53,974 bases of DNA from Candidatus Tectimicrobiota bacterium. GTDB taxonomy: Bacteria; JACPUC01. How positions within the stretch are numbered: the first letter of the stretch is position 1; each line of letters starts with the position of its first letter. The translations under genes and the position numbers were made by a program. The DNA lies in NCBI GenBank assembly GCA_016192455.1, contig JACPUC010000029.1, forward strand, positions 186,001-239,974. The letters are read 5' to 3'. Of this stretch, positions 48,171 to 53,974 are shown piece by piece. The notes under the pieces are model-generated. The model did not search any database. It saw only the letters and a list, made by a program, of their open reading frames with translations, and was not told the DNA's origin.

Positions 48171-48188
48171 CCTTTCTCGCACCTGGAG

Positions 48189-50048
48189 ATGCTGACGGTG
48201 AGCGACTCCCCGCGGACGACTCCCGCCCATGACCCGTCCCTGAAGCCGCGCCTCTGGTTCAGCCGCGAGGACTTCCGCCGTTTCGCCACCTCGCAGCTCT
48301 CGGCCGAGAGCACCTACGTGATGGTGGCGGCGGGGATCATCGGCGTGCTCGCCGGTTTCGGCACCGTCGGTTTCATCAAGCTCATCGAGCTGGTGCAATG
48401 GCTCCTCTTCAAGCACGGCGGGGCCTTGCTCGTGGCCGTGGCGCAGATCCCCTGGTACTACGTCGTGCTCGGACCGGCGCTCGGCGGGCTCGTGGTGGGG
48501 CCGCTCATCCGTTACGGCGCCGCCGAGGCAAAGGGGCACGGAGTGCCGGAGGTCATCGAAGCCCTGGTGCTGCGCGGCGGAATCATCCGCCGCCGCGCCA
48601 CCGTCGTGAAGGCCCTGGCCTCCTCGATCACCATCGGCAGCGGCGGCTCGACGGGACCGGAGGGGCCGATCATGCAGATCGGCGCCGGCATCGGCAGCGC
48701 CGTCGGCCAGCTCCTCAAGGTCTCCACCGAGCGCCTCCGCCTCTTTGCCGCCTGCGGCGCCGCCGGCGGCCTGGCGGCGATCTTCAACGCCCCCATCGCC
48801 GGCGCCCTCTTCATCCTCGAGACGGTCCTGGGCGACTTCGGCTACGAGACCTTCAGCCCCATCGTCGTGGCCGCCGTCCTGGCCACCGCCATGAGCCGCT
48901 TCGTCCTCGGCGACTTCTCCGTCATCACCGTCCCCGCCTACGCCCTCGTCAGCCACTGGGAGTTCATCCCCTACCTCATCCTCGGCATCGCGGCGGGCTT
49001 CGCGGCGGTCTTCTTCATCCGCCTCCTCTACTACGTGGAAGACAGCTTCAACGGCCTGCGCCTGCCGGAGATTCTGAAGCCGGCGCTCGGCGGTCTCCTC
49101 GTCGGGCTGGCGGCGCTGGCGCTGCCGCACCTGATGGGGGAAGGCTACTTCACCATCGAGCAGGCCATCTCCGGCACCTTGAGCTGGCAGATTTTGGCGG
49201 CGCTCGTGCTCACCAAGATGCTCGCCACCAGCGTCAGCCTGGGAAGCGGCGGCTCGGGCGGCATCTTCGCGCCCTGCCTCTTCATGGGCGCGGTGCTCGG
49301 CGGCGCCTTGGGGAACCTCTTCCAAGCGGTCGCACCCAGCCTGGTGGCGGACTCGGGAGCCTACGCCATGGTGGGCATGGGCGCCATGGTGGCGGGCACC
49401 ACCCACGCCCCCCTCACCGCCATCGTCATCCTCTTCGAGCTGACGGGGGACTACACCACCATCCTGCCGGTGATGATCACCTGCACCGTCAGCACCCTGA
49501 TCTCGTCGGTCCTCACGAACCGCGAGTCGGTCTACGGGCTGAAGCTGCGGCGCAAAGGCATCCTCGTCCGCCGCGGCCGCGACCACCGGGTGATGGAGCG
49601 CCTGCGCGTGGCCGACGTCATGCACCCGGGGATCGAGACCCTGCCCGAGGAGATGCCGTTCCGCCAGCTTCTCGAGCGCCTCACCCAGGGAGTCTCGACG
49701 TATTACCCGATCGTCGACGCGCAGGGGCGGATGACCGGCATCCTCTCCCTGAAGGATGTGCGGCCCATCCTCCTCGAGCAGTCCCTGGCCGACCTCGTCG
49801 TCGCCAAGGATATCGCCACCCACAAGGTGATCAGCGTCCGGCCGAGCGACAGCCTGGCGGAGGCGATGGAGAAGTTCGCCCGCAAGGGCATCCCGTTCCT
49901 CCCCGTCGTCGCCGCCGACGAGCCGCGGCGGCTGCTCGGGCGGCTGCACCGGCGCGACGTCCTCGCCGCATACAATCAGGCCATTATCAGGAGCCGCCAG
50001 CCGACCCCCACCCAGGAGGAGCCCGGCGCGGCGGCGGGGGAGACGTAG
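48189..50048 (+). CDS. ClC-family chloride channel/transporter with CBS domains
   Basis: GHGVPE, GPEGP, FNAPIAG, GGIFAP and two C-terminal CBS domains. Confidence 0.93.
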   Translation: MLTVSDSPRTTPAHDPSLKPRLWFSREDFRRFATSQLSAESTYVMVAAGIIGVLAGFGTVGFIKLIELVQWLLFKHGGALLVAVAQIPWYYVVLGPALGGLVVGPLIRYGAAEAKGHGVPEVIEALVLRGGIIRRRATVVKALASSITIGSGGSTGPEGPIMQIGAGIGSAVGQLLKVSTERLRLFAACGAAGGLAAIFNAPIAGALFILETVLGDFGYETFSPIVVAAVLATAMSRFVLGDFSVITVPAYALVSHWEFIPYLILGIAAGFAAVFFIRLLYYVEDSFNGLRLPEILKPALGGLLVGLAALALPHLMGEGYFTIEQAISGTLSWQILAALVLTKMLATSVSLGSGGSGGIFAPCLFMGAVLGGALGNLFQAVAPSLVADSGAYAMVGMGAMVAGTTHAPLTAIVILFELTGDYTTILPVMITCTVSTLISSVLTNRESVYGLKLRRKGILVRRGRDHRVMERLRVADVMHPGIETLPEEMPFRQLLERLTQGVSTYYPIVDAQGRMTGILSLKDVRPILLEQSLADLVVAKDIATHKVISVRPSDSLAEAMEKFARKGIPFLPVVAADEPRRLLGRLHRRDVLAAYNQAIIRSRQPTPTQEEPGAAAGET

Positions 50049-50201
50049 AGGCGGCCCGCCAGGAGAGCACCGGCGAAGCCCGCCCCGCGCGGGATGGGAT
50101 CATGCTGCGGTCCCCCGCGTCAAGCACCCCGCGGGGGCCCCCCGCGCCCGGCGGCGTCCGCCACCATGGCCCCGCGGGAAAACACCGGAAGGAGCCCCCC
50201 C

Positions 50202-50537
50202 ATGCTCAGCATTGCCTTGCTCTGGTTGACCTCCGCCCTGACCATTTTCGTCCTGTCGCGCAGCTTGCCAGGCTTCCGCATCAAGAGCTTCGGCACCGCC
50301 CTCGTCGTCGCCGCTGTTTATGGCGTCCTGCACCTCCTCTTCTACCGCCTCCTCGTGATCATCGCCTTCCTTCCCTATGTCATCACCTTCGGCCTCTTCG
50401 GGCTGGTCATCAACGCCTTCCTCCTCTATATTGCCGACAAGCTCATCCGCGATTTCGAGATTGCGTCGCTCGGCAGGACGTTCCTGGCCGCGATTCTCCT
50501 GACGCTCTCCAACGTGGTCTTCCAGGCGCTCCTCTGA
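50202..50537 (+). CDS. YvlD/phage holin family 4-TM membrane protein
   Basis: LPGFRIKSFGTAL...ITFGLFGLVINAFLL; GGAG RBS. Confidence 0.85.
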   Translation: MLSIALLWLTSALTIFVLSRSLPGFRIKSFGTALVVAAVYGVLHLLFYRLLVIIAFLPYVITFGLFGLVINAFLLYIADKLIRDFEIASLGRTFLAAILLTLSNVVFQALL

Positions 50538-50617
50538 ACGCCGGCAGGAGAGGCGTGCGGAGGGTGGGAGGCGCGGCGAGGGCAAGCGCCTGCCCGCTTT
50601 CCGGACAGGTGGCACCC

Positions 50618-53296
50618 ATGGGCGGCCGCAAGAAGCTCTGCATCATCGACGGCTTCTCCTACGTCTTCCGCGCTTTCTTCGCCATCCGCCAGTACCTCTC
50701 GAACTCGCGCGGCCAACCCACCAACGCCATCTACGGCTTCCTCAGCATGCTGCAGCGGGTGATCAACGAGGAGCAGCCCGACTGCCTCGCCGTGGCCCTG
50801 GAGAGCAAGGAACCGACCTTCCGCCACGAGGCCTACGACGCCTACAAGGCGAACCGGCCCGAGATGCCCGCCGACCTCGCCCAGCAGCTCCCCTATATCT
50901 TCCGCCTCATCGAGGCGTTCAACATCCGCGGCCTGTCGGCGGCTCGCTACGAGGCGGACGACGTGATCGCCACCGTCGCCCGGCGCGCCGTCGAGGAGGG
51001 GTTCGACGTCACCATCATCAGCGGCGACAAGGACCTGCTGCAGCTCGTCGGCCCGCGCCTCCGCATGCTTGACACCATGACGAACAAGCTCTGGGACGAG
51101 GCGGCGGTGAAGGAGCGCTGGGGCGTGGCGCCGGAGCAGATCCAGGACCTCCTCGGCCTCATGGGCGACAGCGTCGATAACGTCCCCGGCGTGCCCGGCA
51201 TCGGCGAGAAGACCGCCGTCGCCCTTCTCCAGGAGTACGGCGACCTCGAGACGCTGCTGGCGAAGGCCGACACGGTGCAGCGCAAGAACGTGCGGGAGAA
51301 CCTGCGCACCTACGCCGAGCAGGCGCGGCTGAGCAAGGCGCTCGTGGGGCTGGAGCGCAACGTGCCGCTGGAGATCGCCTGGGAGGAGCTCGCCGCGCGT
51401 CCCGCCGACCGCGCCCGGCTCATCGAGCTCTACCGCGAGCTCGAGTTCGTCACCCACCTGCGCGACCTCACCGGGAGAGAACGCAGCGAGGCGGACGGCG
51501 GCGAGCCGGCGGCCGTGTGCATCGACACGCGGGAGACTCTGGCGGCCTGGATCGAAGAGCTGCGCCGCGCCGCGGCCGTGGGGCTTGCGCTGCTGGCGGA
51601 CGGCAACCCGCTGGCCGACGGCCGCCTGGTCGGCCTGGCGCTGGCGGCGGCGGACGGCGCCGCGGCGTACGTCCCCCTCGGCCAGGCCGGGGCAGGTGCC
51701 CAGCTCGAGGCCGCCGAGGTGCTGCCGCAGGTGGTTGCTCTGCTGGCGGGATATGACGGCCGCCTCGCCTGTCACGATGTGAAGCAGGCCCGCCACCTCC
51801 TCGGCGCCGCCGGGCACGCCCTCCCCGACGCCTGCTTCGACACCATGCTGGCCGCCTACCTGCTGGGCGTGTCGCGGGCGCCGTACCGCCTCGAGGACAT
51901 GGCGCTCGAGCTGCTGGCGGAGCGCATCGTCTCGGAGGAGGACGTGCGCGGCAAAGGGGCCAAGGCGCAACCCTTCGCCGGCCTGGCGGTCGAGCGCGCC
52001 GCGGCCCATGCCGTGAGCGCCGCGCGGGCCCTCGTGCGGCTCCGCCCCGTCCTTGAGGAACGCCTGCGCGCGGACGACCTCGAGGATCTCTTCACCACGG
52101 TGGAGGCGCCCCTGGCGGCGGTGCTCGCGGAGATGGAGGAGGCCGGCGTCAAGGTGGACGTGCAGCGCCTGCGCCAGTACTCGCAGCGCCTCAACGAGGA
52201 GATCGCCGCCAAGCTCGAGCGCATCTTCGTGCTGGCCAAAGGCGAGTTCAAGGTCGATTCCCCCAAGCAGCTCGCCGAGGTCCTCTTCGAGCGCCTGGGG
52301 CTGAAGCCGCTGCGCAAGACGAAGACCGGCTACTCGACCGATATGGCCGTGCTGGAGGAGTTGGCCCTGCAGCACCCCCTGCCCGCCGTGGTGCTCGAGT
52401 ACCGCCAGCTCGCGAAGCTGAAATCGACCTACCTCGACGCCCTGCCGAATCTCGTCAACCCGCGCACCGGGCGCATCCACACGAGCTTCAACCAGGCGGT
52501 GGCGGCGACGGGTCGGCTGAGCAGCAGCGACCCCAACCTGCAGAACATCCCCATCCGCGGCGACGGCCGGGAGATCCGCCGCGCCTTCGTCGCCGAGCCG
52601 GGCCACCTCCTCCTCTCGGCCGACTACTCGCAGATCGAGCTGCGCGTCCTGGCGCACCTGAGCGGCGACGAGCGCCTCCTCGATGCCTTCCAGCGCGGCG
52701 AGGACATCCACACCCGCACCGCCAGCGAGGTCTTCCTGGTGCCGCCGGAGCGGGTGAACGAGGAGATGCGCCGACGCGCCAAGACGGTGAACTTCGGCAT
52801 CATCTACGGCCTCAGCCCCTTTGGCCTGGCGCGCAGCCTCGGCATCGAGGTGGGCGACGCGCGGCGCTTCATCGACCTCTACTTCGCCCGCTACGAGGGG
52901 GTGAAGGGCTACCTTGACGGCATCGTCGCCACCGCCCACCGGCAGGGCTACGTCACCACCCTCCTGCGACGCCGGCGCTACCTCCCCGACCTGCAGAGCA
53001 AGAACCGCACCGCCCAGCAGGCGGCGGAGCGCACCGCCATCAACACGCCGATCCAGGGGTCCGCGGCGGACATCATCAAGCTCGCCATGCTCGCCGTTCA
53101 TCGCCGCCTGCGGCGGGACGGCCTGCGGGCGCGCATGCTCCTGCAGGTGCACGACGAGCTCCTCTTCGAGGTCCCGGAAGCCGAGCTGCCGGCCCTCACC
53201 AACCTGGTGCGTGCCGAGATGGAGGGCGCGACGCAGCTCGTCGTACCGCTGAAGGTGGAGCTCGGTCATGGCCCAAGCTGGTACGAGGCGCATTGA
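50618..53296 (+). CDS. polA: DNA polymerase I
   Basis: IIDG..FRAFFA, YKANR, EADD, GDSVDNVPGVPGIGEKTA, DYSQIELR, AKTVNFGIIYG, QVHDEL. Confidence 0.97.
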   Translation: MGGRKKLCIIDGFSYVFRAFFAIRQYLSNSRGQPTNAIYGFLSMLQRVINEEQPDCLAVALESKEPTFRHEAYDAYKANRPEMPADLAQQLPYIFRLIEAFNIRGLSAARYEADDVIATVARRAVEEGFDVTIISGDKDLLQLVGPRLRMLDTMTNKLWDEAAVKERWGVAPEQIQDLLGLMGDSVDNVPGVPGIGEKTAVALLQEYGDLETLLAKADTVQRKNVRENLRTYAEQARLSKALVGLERNVPLEIAWEELAARPADRARLIELYRELEFVTHLRDLTGRERSEADGGEPAAVCIDTRETLAAWIEELRRAAAVGLALLADGNPLADGRLVGLALAAADGAAAYVPLGQAGAGAQLEAAEVLPQVVALLAGYDGRLACHDVKQARHLLGAAGHALPDACFDTMLAAYLLGVSRAPYRLEDMALELLAERIVSEEDVRGKGAKAQPFAGLAVERAAAHAVSAARALVRLRPVLEERLRADDLEDLFTTVEAPLAAVLAEMEEAGVKVDVQRLRQYSQRLNEEIAAKLERIFVLAKGEFKVDSPKQLAEVLFERLGLKPLRKTKTGYSTDMAVLEELALQHPLPAVVLEYRQLAKLKSTYLDALPNLVNPRTGRIHTSFNQAVAATGRLSSSDPNLQNIPIRGDGREIRRAFVAEPGHLLLSADYSQIELRVLAHLSGDERLLDAFQRGEDIHTRTASEVFLVPPERVNEEMRRRAKTVNFGIIYGLSPFGLARSLGIEVGDARRFIDLYFARYEGVKGYLDGIVATAHRQGYVTTLLRRRRYLPDLQSKNRTAQQAAERTAINTPIQGSAADIIKLAMLAVHRRLRRDGLRARMLLQVHDELLFEVPEAELPALTNLVRAEMEGATQLVVPLKVELGHGPSWYEAH

Positions 53297-53370
53297 GGCG
53301 GGCGCGGCGGACGGCGGCACGAGGCGAGAAGCCGGGGGCGTGGCGCGACGACGGCGGCTGATCCCAGCCG

Positions 53371-53974
53371 TCACTGCGCGTTGGCGGCAGGAGCGCCGAG
53401 CGCTCGCTCGAAGAGGCGCTCGATGCTCTGGCGGTGCCGGGTGCTGAAGGACCCGCCGGCCTCGGTGGAAAGGGACGGGGGAGCGGGCGACAGCCCATCG
53501 CCGTGGCAGGCAGCGCAGTCGCTGACCATGAGGAGGCGATCAATCTCGTCGCGCTGGAAGGGGCGCGCCCCGGACGGCACGAGATCGAGGAGCTGCTTGC
53601 CCGTCTGGTCAACAAGCTTGTCGAGGGGCGGCAGGCGGAGCGGCGGGTCCGCCGGCGGTTGCTCGGAAGCCGGCGTGGGACTCGTCCCTGCAAGATAGAG
53701 GCTGCGATCGCCGTAGGCGCTCGGCCCCTGCGAGATGGGAGGAGGGACGCGGGCGCCCGGGGCAGCTTCCTGGTAGCCGTCGCCGAGACCGAGGGCCTTC
53801 CCTGAGCTGTGGCAGTCGGTGCAGTCGCGCGCCAGGCGGGTGATGCTGTGCGGCTGCACGGGTCGCATGGCGAGGCCGGGGAGGCCGGCGGCGGTCTTGA
53901 AGACCTGTCCGGAGGCCCGCGTCGCCCCCTGCCGGTCGCGGTGGCTGAAGAACGTCTGGTAGAGCGGCACGAAG
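53371..53974 (-). CDS. C-terminal part of a multiheme cytochrome c (runs off the window)
   Basis: PHSITRLARDCTDCH..KALGLG and CAACH. The frame is open to the window edge. Confidence 0.7.
   Translation of the reverse strand, partial: FVPLYQTFFSHRDRQGATRASGQVFKTAAGLPGLAMRPVQPHSITRLARDCTDCHSSGKALGLGDGYQEAAPGARVPPPISQGPSAYGDRSLYLAGTSPTPASEQPPADPPLRLPPLDKLVDQTGKQLLDLVPSGARPFQRDEIDRLLMVSDCAACHGDGLSPAPPSLSTEAGGSFSTRHRQSIERLFERALGAPAANAQ

Noticed and set aside
50202-50537. Prophage inferred from a 'phage holin family' gene
   Set aside because: This family is commonly chromosomal, and the neighbours are housekeeping genes.
17263-53374. Very long alternative ORFs (e.g. 17263-20193 +, 37777-40200 -, 46629-49949 -, 50426-53374 -) and N-terminal extensions of 32957, 37516, 42756 and 48398
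   Set aside because: These are antisense or off-frame shadows of real genes in high-GC DNA with no family motifs. True starts were reassigned from homology and RBS.

Overview
High-GC bacterial chromosome window; the PxxKW protein, CbcL-like protein and Mtr-type genes suggest a Deltaproteobacteria-related or similar uncultured lineage (inference). 3.7-20.3 kb is a dense multiheme-cytochrome / extracellular electron transfer locus with 64 counted heme-c motifs: MtrB-like barrel, MtrA/DmsE decaheme, NapC-like dodecaheme, CbcL-like 11-heme cytochrome b fusion, a Rieske/cytochrome b complex with a nonaheme partner, an FN3-octaheme, a c554-like tetraheme and an OmcA/MtrC-like decaheme. The most striking hidden signal is a cobalamin-independent methionine synthase II (MetE C-terminal-like) gene at 26006-27133 (-). 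The ORF track splits it, but it is one frame with an in-frame UGA replacing the Zn-ligand Cys of HxCRGN, followed by a perfect SECIS-like hairpin, making it a candidate selenoprotein. The right half holds a hydroxycinnamoyl-CoA hydratase-lyase, an acyl-CoA ligase, two glmS paralogues (one lacking the catalytic Cys1, both followed by apparently foreign DNA), a sigma54/NtrC-type regulated porin, GlmU-related genes, a low-GC R-M island, pcrA, gatC-gatB without gatA, a ClC channel and polA. All calls come from motif reading; no searches were run.
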